DNA from: an uncultured Gemmatimonadales bacterium
GTDB lineage: Bacteria; Gemmatimonadota; Gemmatimonadetes; Longimicrobiales; Gaopeijiaceae
Reading direction: 5' to 3'
Length of the DNA: 64,000 bases
Assembly (NCBI GenBank): GCA_963809895.1
Contig: CAWELD010000010.1
Location: 928,001-992,000 of the forward strand
Positions 10,776 to 21,013 of the stretch are shown here, piece after piece (positions within the stretch are counted from its first letter, which is position 1; every line of letters begins with the position of its first letter). The position numbers and the translations under genes were made by a program. The notes beneath the pieces were generated by a model. The model did no database searches, had not been told where the DNA came from, and saw nothing but the letters and a program-made list of their open reading frames with translations.

Positions 10776-13207
10776 TCACCCTCCGGGCGGGAAGGAGGGG
10801 GGCGCGTCGTCGGAGCTCCTGGCCCATGCCGTGTCCGGGCTCGCCGACAGGTCGAAGCGGAGCGTGCCGCCGTCGGCCACGAACGAGTCGGGAAGCCAGG
10901 CGCGTGAGCTGGCGCTGCCGTTCACGGTGACGCCCCGGATCCACGCCAGGGAATCCGCGCCCGGGGCCTCGACGGCGATGGTCGTCCCGTCCGCGCGCCG
11001 GATCTCGCACCCGGTCGAAGGCGGGCGTCGACAGCAGGAGCTCGGCCCGGCCCGGAATCCCCGGGTACATGCCGCTGGCCGTCCAAACGTACCACGCCGA
11101 CATGGCGCCCAGGTCGTCGTTTCCGGGGATGCCGTGCGGTCGATCGCCCCACAGGCGGTGGAGGATCTCGCGCAGCGTCTCCTGGGTCCGATCCGGACGC
11201 CCGGCCCACGAGATAGAGCCAGGGCGCGCCCACCGAGGGCTCGTTGTCCATCTCGGCGTGCTCGCCGCCCAGGCCCGTGAGGGCCCAGCCCCCGTCGGGC
11301 AGGTGGAAGAAGGCGTCCAGGCGCGCCAACGCGACCGCATCGCCTCCCATGGCGTCGAAGAGACCCTGCACGTCGAAGGGAATCATCCAGGTGTACTGTG
11401 CGCTCGAGCCCTCGGCGAAGCCCCGGGTGGAGGCGGGCCGGAAGTCGGTCCAGGTGCCGTCGGCCTCGCGGTCCTGGATGTACCCTCCCTCGGGCGTGGC
11501 GTCGGGGTTGAAGACGTTTCGCCAGTAGCCGGCGCGCTCCAGGAATTCCTGGTGGGCCTCGTCGTCGCCGAGGCGGGCCGCGAGCTGAGAGAGCGCGAAG
11601 TCGGCCGTGACGTCTTCCAACGTCTCGCCGGCGCCGCCCCAGGCGTTGCCGTCGGCGGGGACGTAGTGGAGCGTGAGCCACTGGTCGAGGGACGGACGCT
11701 GGCCGGGACACATGACGGGGCAGCCTTCGTCGCTGAGATCCAGCTCGGTGGGCACGCGAGCTGCCTGGGCCAACGAGGCGAGGGCCGCCGGCGCGTCGAA
11801 GCGGGTGCCCCCGAAGGCGTGGATGCCCGCCACCGCGGCGGCCGACGCGTCGCCCTCCATGACGTGGGTGGCGCCGGTATTGTGCGTCCAGCGGTCCCAC
11901 ACGCCGCCGTTCTGATTGGCCTGGTTCAGGAAGGACTGGGCGATGTCGCTTCCGACCCCCGCGTCCAGGAGCGTGACCAGCTGAAGCTGGGACCGGTAGA
12001 CGTCCCAGCCCGAGAAATTGGCGTACTGCGCCACCTGGGGATCCTCGACGGCGTGCACCTGGCCGTCGAAGCCGGCGTACTGGCCGTTCACGTCGCTGAA
12101 GAGGTTGGGGTGGAGCAGCGCGTGGTAGAGGGCGGTGTAGAAGATGGTACGCTGCGCGTCGGTGCCGCCGGCCACGCGCACCTGTGCCAGGCGGTCGTGC
12201 CAGTCGGCCCGGGCCCGGCGGCGGGTGGCCTCCAGCGTGGCGTCGGCAGGGCTCTCGGCCTCCAGGTTGGCGCGAGCGTTGTCCAGGCTCACGTAGGAGA
12301 TCCCCACGCGCACGTCGACCACGGCGCCGTCGGCGGGATCGAAGGCCACCCACACTCCCGAGCCGCGGCCGCTCTCGGGGTAGCCGTCGTCGCCGTAGCC
12401 GGTGCCGCCGTGGGCCTCGGTCTCGCCGGGGCTCAGACGGTCGTCCTCCCAGGCGCCGGTGGCCTGGAAGTCGCGATCGAACACGGCCACGAAGTAGAGC
12501 GTGTAGTAGTCGTGACGGACCACGGGATGGATGTAGCCGCAGAAATTGCCGCTGGAGACGTGGCCGCTGACGGTGCGCGTGGCGGCGTCGACCGTGGTGA
12601 CGGCATCGCCCGAGCCGACCTCGGAGTCGGACGTGCGCACGAGCAGAACCGCGCTGGTGTCCGGAGGAAAGGTGAAGCGGCCCACCCCGGTGCGGCTGGT
12701 GGCGCTCAGCTGGGCGTCGATGCCGGAGCGCATGCGCACCTGGTAGTAGCCGGGCTCGGCGTGCTCGTTGGCGTGCTCGAAGGGCGTGGCGAAGAAGCGA
12801 TCGGTGGTGTCGGCCGAGGGCGAGGAGCGTACTGCCCCGAGCACCGGCATGAACGGCACGTCTCCCGAGGCTCCACGGCACCCGGTGCCGGAGAGATGGG
12901 TCAGGCTGAAGCCTCGGATGCGGGTGGCGTCGTACTGATATCCCCCCGGCGCCGGACGGCGGGTGGGATCACCCCGCGTGGTCTCCGGACTCCACTGCAC
13001 CATGCCGAAGGGAACCACGGCGCCCGGCACCGTGTTGCCGCCGTTGGCGGTACCGATCAACGGATCGACCCAGACCACCGGGTCCTCGACGAGCGCGGGT
13101 CCGGGTTCCGGGGCGCAGGCGACGGTCAGGGCGCACAGGGTGGCCAGGGCGAGCGCCGAGGGCATTCCGATCCTGCACGCCGTTCCGTTCGTTTTCGTGC
13201 TGGTCAT
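10776..13207 (-). CDS. GH92 alpha-1,2-mannosidase lipoprotein with frameshifts (~11205, ~11010)
   Basis: VDPLIGT, PGAVVPFGMVQWSP, GFSLTHLSGTGC, FSGWDVYR, FAEGSSAQYTW, DNEP, GIPGNDDLGAMSAWYV. Lipobox LTVAC. Confidence 0.92.
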
Positions 13208-13683
13208 GGTTGGTAGGTCGTGGTGAGAGTCTGATGCTTCGTCGGTCCCCGGACATCCCATCGGACCTCCAGGCGGTCCTGGTACGCGCGCACCCGCGCT
13301 CGATACAGGTCGTCGCCGCACCGATGGGGTTCGGGGGATTCCCATCGGTCGTCGCCGTCCCGTACGAGGACGACGAGCGGGACTGGCCGGTCCGGACCCC
13401 GCCGTAGATGGGCCACGGCGACCTCATCGGGGCCGAGATGCTCCCAGCGGTACGCCGCGCGAAAGCGGAGCGGCTCGCCGGGGTGCGGCTCCCAGCGCCC
13501 GGATTCCTCGACGACGACGGATCCCGACCCGCCACCTCGCGCCAGCACCGTGCCCCGACCCCGTCCGGCGCGCATCTCGCCCGCCGCGTCGGTCCATTCC
13601 ACGCGCAGGTCCAGGGCCCGCGCTTCCAGCAGAGCTCGCAAGAGACCGCCCGCCGGGTCCGTCGCCCCGTCAGTCGGCGTCAC
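13204..13683 (-). CDS. DUF6314-like protein
   Basis: H-x-C-G-D-D-x-Y (HRCGDDLY) and C-terminal WDVRGPTK...TTY. Stop overlaps the GH92 start. Confidence 0.7.
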   Translation of the reverse strand: MTPTDGATDPAGGLLRALLEARALDLRVEWTDAAGEMRAGRGRGTVLARGGGSGSVVVEESGRWEPHPGEPLRFRAAYRWEHLGPDEVAVAHLRRGPDRPVPLVVLVRDGDDRWESPEPHRCGDDLYRARVRAYQDRLEVRWDVRGPTKHQTLTTTYQP

Positions 13684-13714
13684 GGGTCGCGAGCCCTCCG
13701 AACTCCAGGACCGC

Positions 13715-14650
13715 TCATGCGCCCGGACCCCAGCTGCCGGTACGCTCGTCGGCGTCGGTGGCGACCAGGGCCCGGGATTCGCCTCCGGTCGCCGGAACCA
13801 CGAACAGGTCGTTCCGGCGCCCCCCGTCCAGGGGCGAGCCGGTGAAGAGCAGCCATCGTCCGTCGGGCGACCAGGTGGGTTGGTAATGGAGCCCGCCCGA
13901 GGTCAGCCAGGCCAGTCCGGTGCCATCGGCGGAGATCACGGCGATGCGGGATTCCTCACCGGACTGGGCATGGAAGGCCACGCGGGTGCCGTCGGGGGAG
14001 AAGCGGGGGCCCCCGTCACTCCCGTCACGCCGCAGCAATCGGCGCTCCGTCCCGCTGACCATGTCCAGCAGGTAGATGTCCGTGTCGCCCTCCGGAGCGA
14101 TCCGCGTGAACACCACCGTGCGCCCATCCGGGGCCCAGGCGCCTCCGAACGAGGATTCGAGCGGTCTCCGGGTCAGCCTTTGGAGGCCGGTGCCATCGGC
14201 ATTCATGACCCAGAGGTTGCCCACGAACTCTCCCTGGGGGCCCCTCTGCTCACCTCGGGTGGAGAAGAACAGGATGCGGGTGCCGTCGGGCGACCATTCC
14301 GGGAGAATGTCTTCGTCCCGGTGTTGCGTCAGGTTGACGGGGTGGGCTCCGTCTGCGTCCATCGCGTAGATCTCGCGATTTCCGTCACGCAGCGTCTGGA
14401 AGACGATGCGCCGGCCGTCCGGCGACCACCGGCCCCAGTGGTCCTGGCCCGGGGTGTCGGTCAGGTTGACGGGTGTGCCCGCGCGACCCCGCTGTACGAA
14501 GAGATCTGCCTCTCCCCCCGGCGAAGCCGTGAACAGCACCATCGCCGTCTCGGGCGACCAGGCCTCCTGCGCCCACCAGCCGCGAGCCTCGGGCGGCCAG
14601 CCGAGCGTGGCCGCGACCACGAGCGCCAAGGCTGCGACGAGGCCCGTCAC
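13715..14650 (-). CDS. TolB-like PD40-repeat beta-propeller, secreted
   Basis: Five WSPDG/FSPDG/WAPDG repeats and a signal peptide. GTG overlaps the DUF1761 stop. Confidence 0.85.
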   Translation of the reverse strand: MTGLVAALALVVAATLGWPPEARGWWAQEAWSPETAMVLFTASPGGEADLFVQRGRAGTPVNLTDTPGQDHWGRWSPDGRRIVFQTLRDGNREIYAMDADGAHPVNLTQHRDEDILPEWSPDGTRILFFSTRGEQRGPQGEFVGNLWVMNADGTGLQRLTRRPLESSFGGAWAPDGRTVVFTRIAPEGDTDIYLLDMVSGTERRLLRRDGSDGGPRFSPDGTRVAFHAQSGEESRIAVISADGTGLAWLTSGGLHYQPTWSPDGRWLLFTGSPLDGGRRNDLFVVPATGGESRALVATDADERTGSWGPGA

Positions 14651-15048
14651 GGCCACACGCCGAGGATCAGACCCATGGCGAGGAAGGCCACCACGTGGTA
14701 GCCGGCGTTGACCATCCAATGGGCCAGCGGACGCTGCTCGAACAGATAGACGACGCCGAACGCTGGAGCGACCCAGAACACGCCCACCGCGCCTGCGACC
14801 ATGAGGGCGTATACGGTCGTCGGGTTGCCGCCGAGAAACTGCGCCAACACCGCGGCCGCCACCAGCTGCAGGATGAACGAGAGGCCGAAGATCTTGCCCT
14901 TGTTGCCCTGATTGACCTGCTCCTCGGTGACGCCGGCGCTGCTCATCCAGAGCTTGCCGAACAACGGTCCGTACCAGATGCCTCCGATGACGAAGCTGCT
15001 CAGGGCCGCCACCAACACCGCCAGCCAGTTGACGCTCTCGGTGCCCAT
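14647..15048 (-). CDS. DUF1761 family membrane protein
   Basis: [29 protein letters not shown] and NAGY; four hydrophobic segments. Confidence 0.88.
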   Translation of the reverse strand: MGTESVNWLAVLVAALSSFVIGGIWYGPLFGKLWMSSAGVTEEQVNQGNKGKIFGLSFILQLVAAAVLAQFLGGNPTTVYALMVAGAVGVFWVAPAFGVVYLFEQRPLAHWMVNAGYHVVAFLAMGLILGVWP

Positions 15049-15133
15049 CGGTCGCTACCTCCTGGAGAGGGGAAGGATCGAATCCGACGGGCATGATAAC
15101 GTCGGAGGCGGCTCCAGGCTCGTTTCCGGGGCG

Positions 15134-16000
15134 TTACCCGGCGCCCTCGCCGCACAGGACGCGAGCCAGTTCGGGAAGCACCTGGCCCAGTCGCCCTTCC
15201 ACCTTCAGGGCGGCGACCTCGTCTCCGCGCGTGGGGCCCAGGTTGACGATGGCCACGGGCTTGTCGTCGCGCTGCGCCCGGAGAACGAAGCGACGGCCGG
15301 AGAAGACGGCGAGGGACGATCCCACGACCATCAGGACCTCTCCTTCCTCGTAGAGCTGCCAGGCCCGTTCCACCCGCTCCGCCGGTACCTTTTCGCCGAA
15401 GAAGACCACGTCGGGCTTGAGGATTCCCCCGCAGTGCTCGCAGGAGGGGACCCTGAAGGAGGATTCGGCGCCGTCCTGCAGCTCGGCGTCACCGTCGGCC
15501 GTGAAGGTCCGGACCGCGGATTCGAACCCCGGGTTCAGCGCCGTGAGGCGCGCCTGCATCGCCCATCGCTCCAGCGCCGTGTCACAGGCGGTGCAGCGCA
15601 CGCGTGCCAGGTCGCCGTGGAGGTCCACCACCCTGCGGCTGCCTGCCGCCCGGTGGAGCCCATCCACGTTCTGGGTGATCACGCCCGCGACGATTCCCGC
15701 GTCTTCGAGGCGGGCCAGCGCCCGGTGGCCCCGGTTCGGGCGGGCGGAGGAGAACCTCGGCCAACCCACCATGCTTCGGGACCAGTAGCGGGCTCTGGCC
15801 GGGCCGCTCCCCATGAACTCCTGGTAGCGCATGGGCTCGCTCGTCCGAAGACTGCCCCGGGGGCCGCGGTAGTCGGGAATGCCCGACTCGGTGCTGCACC
15901 CGGCGCCGGCGAGCACGGTGATGCGACGTCCCGCCAGAAAGCGTGGGAGTTCGGCCGACGAGGCGCCGACAGTGGTCGGAACGGCGTCCGGGAGGCTCAT
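15134..16000 (-). CDS. NAD-dependent deacylase (sirtuin, class II/SIRT4-like)
   Basis: [33 protein letters not shown], two CxxC motifs, [23 protein letters not shown]. Confidence 0.95.
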   Translation of the reverse strand: MSLPDAVPTTVGASSAELPRFLAGRRITVLAGAGCSTESGIPDYRGPRGSLRTSEPMRYQEFMGSGPARARYWSRSMVGWPRFSSARPNRGHRALARLEDAGIVAGVITQNVDGLHRAAGSRRVVDLHGDLARVRCTACDTALERWAMQARLTALNPGFESAVRTFTADGDAELQDGAESSFRVPSCEHCGGILKPDVVFFGEKVPAERVERAWQLYEEGEVLMVVGSSLAVFSGRRFVLRAQRDDKPVAIVNLGPTRGDEVAALKVEGRLGQVLPELARVLCGEGAG

Positions 16001-16015
16001 GGGAACGGCTGCGCG

Positions 16016-16453
16016 TCAGGCGGTCTCGCCCACCGCCTCGCGCACCTGGCGCTTGAGGCGGGCGAGAATGGCGCCCATCCCCCGCAGCCTGAGTGGCGAG
16101 ACCACGGACTCCAGCCCCATGCGGGCGTAGAAGTCCGGGGGGACCTCCAGCACCTCTCGCCAGGGCAGGCCCTCCAGGCCCTCGCGCAGGATTCCGGCGA
16201 ATCCCCGGACCGTCGGACTCTCCGCGGGGGCGTCGAAGAAGAGGTGCACGTGGCCGTCGTCGTCCAGGCGCGTGGCCAGGAAGAACGGTGTCTGGCACTC
16301 GTGCACCTGCTCCAGCTGCGAGCGGTCGGCCGCGAGGTCGTCGGGAAGGGGTGGCACCTTCTTCGCGAAGTGCAGGAGGGCTTGCACGCGGAAGTCCTTC
16401 GGGGACTTCTGGAACCGGTCCACGATGGTGGAGAGACTGGCGGGCATGGTCAT
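16016..16453 (-). CDS. sufE: SufE family sulfur acceptor protein
   Basis: VHECQTP with the acceptor Cys, ESPTVRGFA, SPLRLRG. Confidence 0.9.
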   Translation of the reverse strand: MTMPASLSTIVDRFQKSPKDFRVQALLHFAKKVPPLPDDLAADRSQLEQVHECQTPFFLATRLDDDGHVHLFFDAPAESPTVRGFAGILREGLEGLPWREVLEVPPDFYARMGLESVVSPLRLRGMGAILARLKRQVREAVGETA

Positions 16454-16582
16454 GGCGAGGTGTACCGGCGCCCCGTGCGGGGGTTCCGGTGAACCGTGGC
16501 GCCCCCCGCGGGTAGGCCAGACTCGGTCCCCCGGCCCACGAAGCCGGCAGCTCGCACATCACGACGCACCGGGAGCAGCCCC

Positions 16583-17458
16583 ATGCCCGCCCCCTTCGAT
16601 CCCGATCCGCGTTTTCAGCAGTACGCCAATCCCCACATGCTCGTCTCCACGGAGTGGTTGGCCGCGCACCTGGACGATCCTGACGTGGTGGTGGTCGAGT
16701 CCGATGAAGACGTGCTGCTCTACGACACCGGCCACATCCCGGGTGCGGTGAAGGTGGACTGGCACATGGATCTCAACGATCCGGTGACCCGGGATTACGT
16801 CGACGGCGAGGCCTTCGCCCGGCTCATGTCCGCCAAGGGCATCACCCGGGACAGCACCGTCGTCTTCTACGGCGACAACTTCAACTGGTGGGCCGCCTAC
16901 GCGCTCTGGGTCTTCACCCTGTTCGGCCACCCCGACGTGCGACTGCTGGACGGCGGGCGCCGCAAGTGGATGGACGAGGGCCGGCCACTCGCCGACGACG
17001 TGCCCGACCGCCCGCGCACCGAATACCCGGTCGTGGAGCGGAAAGACGCGGACATCCGGGCGTTCCGTGACGAGGTCATGGAGCACGTGCAGGACGGAGG
17101 TCGGCTCGTGGACGTTCGCTCACCGCAGGAGTACAGCGGCGAGTTGCTGCACATGCCGGACTATCCCCAGGAGGGCTCGCTCCGTGGTGGCCATATTCCG
17201 GGGGCCAGCAACATTCCCTGGAAGCGCGCGGCGAACGAAGACGCCACCTTCAAGGGCATGGAAGAGCTCAGGGCAATCTACGAGGGTGAACAGGGCCTCG
17301 TCGCGGACGATCCGGTGGTGGCCTACTGCCGGATCGGGGAGCGCTCCAGCCACACCTGGTTCGTGCTCCACCACCTTCTCGGCTATCCTCGGGTCCGCAA
17401 CTACGACGGATCGTGGACCGAGTGGGGGAATCTGGTGAGGGCGCCCATCGAGCGCTGA
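16583..17458 (+). CDS. Tandem-domain rhodanese / thiosulfate sulfurtransferase (SseA/CysA type)
   Basis: LVSTEWL, GHIPGAV, LLDGGR, active site [18 protein letters not shown]. Confidence 0.95.
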   Translation: MPAPFDPDPRFQQYANPHMLVSTEWLAAHLDDPDVVVVESDEDVLLYDTGHIPGAVKVDWHMDLNDPVTRDYVDGEAFARLMSAKGITRDSTVVFYGDNFNWWAAYALWVFTLFGHPDVRLLDGGRRKWMDEGRPLADDVPDRPRTEYPVVERKDADIRAFRDEVMEHVQDGGRLVDVRSPQEYSGELLHMPDYPQEGSLRGGHIPGASNIPWKRAANEDATFKGMEELRAIYEGEQGLVADDPVVAYCRIGERSSHTWFVLHHLLGYPRVRNYDGSWTEWGNLVRAPIER

Positions 17459-17838
17459 AGCGCCGTGCGCACGCTCATCGTCGGCGGAGGCGTGGCTTCA
17501 TGGACGAGCCGATCTGACCCATTCGCCATCGCGGTAGGGGATGGCGGCCCGTGGCAGCGTGTTGCACTATGTCGACAGACGTGGCTCCGCAGCAGCACGC
17601 TCCAACGCGTTCCCTTGAAGTGCGAGTCGGTCAAGATGTTGTGACACAATCACTTACGATGCCGCTTCTCCGCGTCGGCGCTGTGAGAACGTCCTTTGCG
17701 GTGACAGGGGTGTGTGCCCCGTCACGGGGGCGCGTCCGGACGGAAGCCTTCCGGACCCGTCCCGCGGCCCGACCTGCCCGGCGAGTCGCGGAGCGACGTC
17801 ATGACCGGGTAGTGCCGTTCAGGGACGCGGACCCCACC

Positions 17839-19206
17839 ATGCATCGGTACGCCACGCGCGAGAGCCTCGCTCCACCCGAGGCCGATCCCCGGGATCGGGT
17901 GTCGGCGGACAGCCGCCGGCTCCAGCGACGGGCGCACGCGCTCATCCCCGGTGGTTGTCACACCTACAGCAAGGGCGACGATCAGTATCCGCGCTCGGCC
18001 CCACCTTTCATCGAGCGGGGTCTCGGGTGCCACGTCTGGGACACGGACGGCCGCGAGTTCATCGAGTACGGCATGGGTCTGCGGGCCGTGGTCCTCGGGC
18101 ACGCGTATCCGGAGGTGGTGGCGGCGGCGGCGGCTGCCCTGGCGCGGGGCTCGAATTTCACCAGGCCCTCTCCCCTCGAGGTCCGCTGCGCCGAGACCTT
18201 CCTGGAGCTGGTCCCCACGGCCGAGATGGTGAAGTTCGCCAAGAACGGCTCCGACGTGACCACGGCGGCGGTGAAGCTGGCACGTGCCTGGACCGGCCGC
18301 GACCTGGTAGCTGTCTGCGCCGATCAGCCCTTCTTCTCCACCGACGACTGGTTCATCGGCGTCACGCCCATGAGTGCCGGCGTGCCCGAGGCGGCGCGGG
18401 AGATGACGCTGAGCTTCCGCTACAACGACCTGGACTCGTTGCGCGACCTGTTCGCGCGCCACCCGAATCAGATCGCCGCGGTGGTCCTGGAACCGGCCTG
18501 CGCCGTCGCTCCGGAGCCCGGCTATCTCGAGGGGCTTCGGGAGCTGTGCACGGCCGCCGGCGCCCTCCTGGTCTTCGATGAGATGATCACGGGGATCCGC
18601 TGGGGGCTCGGCGGCGCACAGGGCCATTTCGGTGTCACGCCCGACCTGTCCGCGTTCGGCAAGGGTATCGGCAACGGCTTCGCCATCGCCGCGTTGGCGG
18701 GGCGCAGGGATGTCATGGAGATGGGCGGACTCAGCCGTTCGGCCGAAGAGCGCGTGTTCCTCCTGTCCACGACGCACGGGGCCGAGACCCACAGCCTGGC
18801 CGCTGCCATCGCCACCATGAACGTCTGTCGCCGCGAGGGGGTCCCCGAGGTGCTGGCCCGGCGGGGAGAGGAGCTGCGCGCCGGGGTGCGGGCCGCCGCC
18901 GAAAGTCGCGGGCTGGCCGACCATGTCCACCTGAAGGGCCATCCGGCGAACCTCGTCTTCGTCACGCGGGACCGCGAGGGAGTCCCCTCGCAAGCCTACC
19001 GCACGCTCTTCCTCCAGGAGCTCATCCGGCGCGGCGTCCTGGGCCCGTCGTTCGTGGTGAGCTATTCGCACTCGCCGGCCGATGTGGCGCACACCCTCGA
19101 GGCGGTGGAGGCCGCCCTGGAGGTCTATGCCATGGCGCTGGTTCACGGGGTCGAGCCGTTCCTCGAGGGCCCGCCGTCGCGGCCGGTGTTCGGGAGGGCT
19201 CACTGA
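17839..19206 (+). CDS. Class III PLP aminotransferase (GSA-aminomutase-like), probably acting on a sugar
   Basis: IPGGCHTYSKGDDQ, KFAKNGSD, FDEMITG, PLP lysine in FGKGIGNG, LSTTHG. First gene of a sugar cluster. Confidence 0.88.
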   Translation: MHRYATRESLAPPEADPRDRVSADSRRLQRRAHALIPGGCHTYSKGDDQYPRSAPPFIERGLGCHVWDTDGREFIEYGMGLRAVVLGHAYPEVVAAAAAALARGSNFTRPSPLEVRCAETFLELVPTAEMVKFAKNGSDVTTAAVKLARAWTGRDLVAVCADQPFFSTDDWFIGVTPMSAGVPEAAREMTLSFRYNDLDSLRDLFARHPNQIAAVVLEPACAVAPEPGYLEGLRELCTAAGALLVFDEMITGIRWGLGGAQGHFGVTPDLSAFGKGIGNGFAIAALAGRRDVMEMGGLSRSAEERVFLLSTTHGAETHSLAAAIATMNVCRREGVPEVLARRGEELRAGVRAAAESRGLADHVHLKGHPANLVFVTRDREGVPSQAYRTLFLQELIRRGVLGPSFVVSYSHSPADVAHTLEAVEAALEVYAMALVHGVEPFLEGPPSRPVFGRAH

Positions 19207-20483
19207 TGACCGGCGCGGTGGCTCCAGTCGAGGAGCGCTCCGAGGCTTCGACGCAGGCGACGCCCTGCCGGTTCTGCGGCGCCCCGTTGCAGCACATGGT
19301 GGTGGACCTGGGCATGTCCCCCCTGTGCGAGAGCTATCTGGGGCCGTCCGAACTGGACTCCATGGAGCCCTTCTACCCCCTGCGCGTCTTCGTGTGTGAC
19401 TCGTGCTTCCTGGTGCAGCTCCGCGAGTACGTCGGTGGCCAGGACATCTTCCGGGATTACGCGTACTTCTCGTCGTATTCCGACTCCTGGCTCGCCCACT
19501 CTCGCGCCTTCGTGGACCAGGTCTCGGCGCGTTTCGGGCTGGGGTCGCGAAGCCGGGTCGTGGAGCTTGCGAGCAACGACGGGTACCTGCTGCAGTACTT
19601 CGTCGAGCGCGGCGTGCCGTGCTTCGGCGTGGAGCCGGCACGCAACGTGGCGGCCGTGGCCGAGGAGAAGGGGATCCCGACGGTGACCGAGTTCTTCGGC
19701 CTGGAGTTGGCCGGGACCCTGGCGGCCCAGGGCCGCACCGCGGATCTGGTCGTGGCCAATAACGTCCTGGCCCAGGTTCCCGATCTCAACGACTTCGTGG
19801 CCGGCATCGCTCGCATCCTGGCTCCCGGCGGGGTGCTCACGCTGGAGTTTCCGCACCTGGTGCGTCTGATCGCGGAAAACCAGTTCGACACCATCTACCA
19901 CGAGCACTACTCGTACTTCTCGTGGGTCACCGTGGTGCGCATCCTCTCTCGCCACGGCCTGGCCGCCTTCGACGTCGAAGAGCTGCCCACGCACGGGGGC
20001 TCCCTGCGGGTGTACGCGTCGCACGTCGAGCAGGCCCGGCCGGTGACGCCCCGGGCGCGTGAGCTCGCTCGGAGGGAGCGGGCGGCCGGTGTGGAGACGC
20101 TCGACTACTACCAGGACTTCGCGCGCCGGGTCGAGGCCACCAAGCGGCGGCTGCTGACCTTCCTGATCCAGGCGCGCGAGCGAGGCGAGGTCGTGGTGGG
20201 CTACGGAGCCCCGGGCAAGGGCAACACGCTGCTCAACTACTGCGGCGTCCGTACGGATCTTCTGGCCTACACTGTGGATCGCAGTCCCCACAAACAGGGC
20301 CGATTCCTTCCGGGAACGCACATCCCGATCTACGCCCCCGCGCGCATCACCGAGACCAGGCCCGACTGGGTCCTCGTCCTGCCGTGGAATCTCGAAGACG
20401 AGATCGTCGCGCAGATGGGCCACATCCGGGAGTGGGGAGGACGTTTCGTGCTGCCGATTCCCGAGGTGAGGGTACGCCCGTGA
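19206..20483 (+). CDS. NDP-hexose C-methyltransferase
   Basis: Zn-binding CRFC and CDSC, ELASNDGYLL, FDTIYHEH, HGGSLR, YGAPGKGNTLLNY. Confidence 0.93.
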   Translation: MTGAVAPVEERSEASTQATPCRFCGAPLQHMVVDLGMSPLCESYLGPSELDSMEPFYPLRVFVCDSCFLVQLREYVGGQDIFRDYAYFSSYSDSWLAHSRAFVDQVSARFGLGSRSRVVELASNDGYLLQYFVERGVPCFGVEPARNVAAVAEEKGIPTVTEFFGLELAGTLAAQGRTADLVVANNVLAQVPDLNDFVAGIARILAPGGVLTLEFPHLVRLIAENQFDTIYHEHYSYFSWVTVVRILSRHGLAAFDVEELPTHGGSLRVYASHVEQARPVTPRARELARRERAAGVETLDYYQDFARRVEATKRRLLTFLIQARERGEVVVGYGAPGKGNTLLNYCGVRTDLLAYTVDRSPHKQGRFLPGTHIPIYAPARITETRPDWVLVLPWNLEDEIVAQMGHIREWGGRFVLPIPEVRVRP

Positions 20484-21013
20484 TCTTCACCGGCACGGCC
20501 GTGGAAGGCTCCTTCCTCCTCGATCTGGAGCCCCATCGGGACGAGCGCGGATTCTTCGCCCGCACCTTCTGCGCGGAGGAGTTCCGCCGCCACGGCCTGG
20601 AACCGGCGGTGGCGCAGCGGAGCGTGTCGGTGAGCACGCGCCGGGGAACCCTGCGCGGACTCCACTACCAGCGTGCTCCGTACGGCGAGGCCAAGCTCGT
20701 ATCCTGTGTGCGAGGGGGGATCTGCGACATCGTCGTCGACCTGCGGAAGGACTCTCCGACCTTCCTGGCCCACGTCACGGCCGAGTTGACGGCGGCCAAC
20801 CGGAGGGCGCTGTACGTGCCGCCGGGGTGCGCCCACGGCTTCCAGGCGCTGGAGGACGACACCGAGGTACACTATCAGATGTCGACGCCCTACGTGCCCG
20901 AGGCCCAGGACGGCGTGCGCTGGGACGACCCCGCCTTCGGGCTGCAGTGGCCGATCGCCGGCCCGTTCATGAGCGAGCGGGACCGGTCCTGGCCGGACTT
21001 CGAGGTCCCATGA
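20480..21013 (+). CDS. rfbC: NDP-4-keto-6-deoxyhexose 3,5-epimerase (RmlC family)
   Basis: DERGFFAR, GTLRGLHYQ, VDLRKDSPT, GCAHGFQAL, RWDDP. Confidence 0.93.
   Translation: MIFTGTAVEGSFLLDLEPHRDERGFFARTFCAEEFRRHGLEPAVAQRSVSVSTRRGTLRGLHYQRAPYGEAKLVSCVRGGICDIVVDLRKDSPTFLAHVTAELTAANRRALYVPPGCAHGFQALEDDTEVHYQMSTPYVPEAQDGVRWDDPAFGLQWPIAGPFMSERDRSWPDFEVP

Noticed and set aside
15134..16000. Sir2 as an anti-phage defence effector
   Set aside because: It is a canonical zinc-binding class II sirtuin with no defence partner genes nearby.
17530..17540. ops/JUMPstart-like CGCGGTAG before the polysaccharide genes
   Set aside because: Short and imperfect, and lacks the rest of the JUMPstart sequence.
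17552..17566. Sigma54-like TGGCAGCGTGTTGCA upstream of the sugar cluster
   Set aside because: GG-to-GC spacing is 1 bp too short. It would count only if a sequencing deletion is shown.
17640..17654. CRP/FNR-like TGTGA-cacaa-TCACT
   Set aside because: Spacer is 5 bp rather than the required 6.
17839..19206. Calling this gene hemL
   Set aside because: The HTYSKGDDQ-type sequence and the operon context point to a sugar-pathway paralogue, not tetrapyrrole synthesis.
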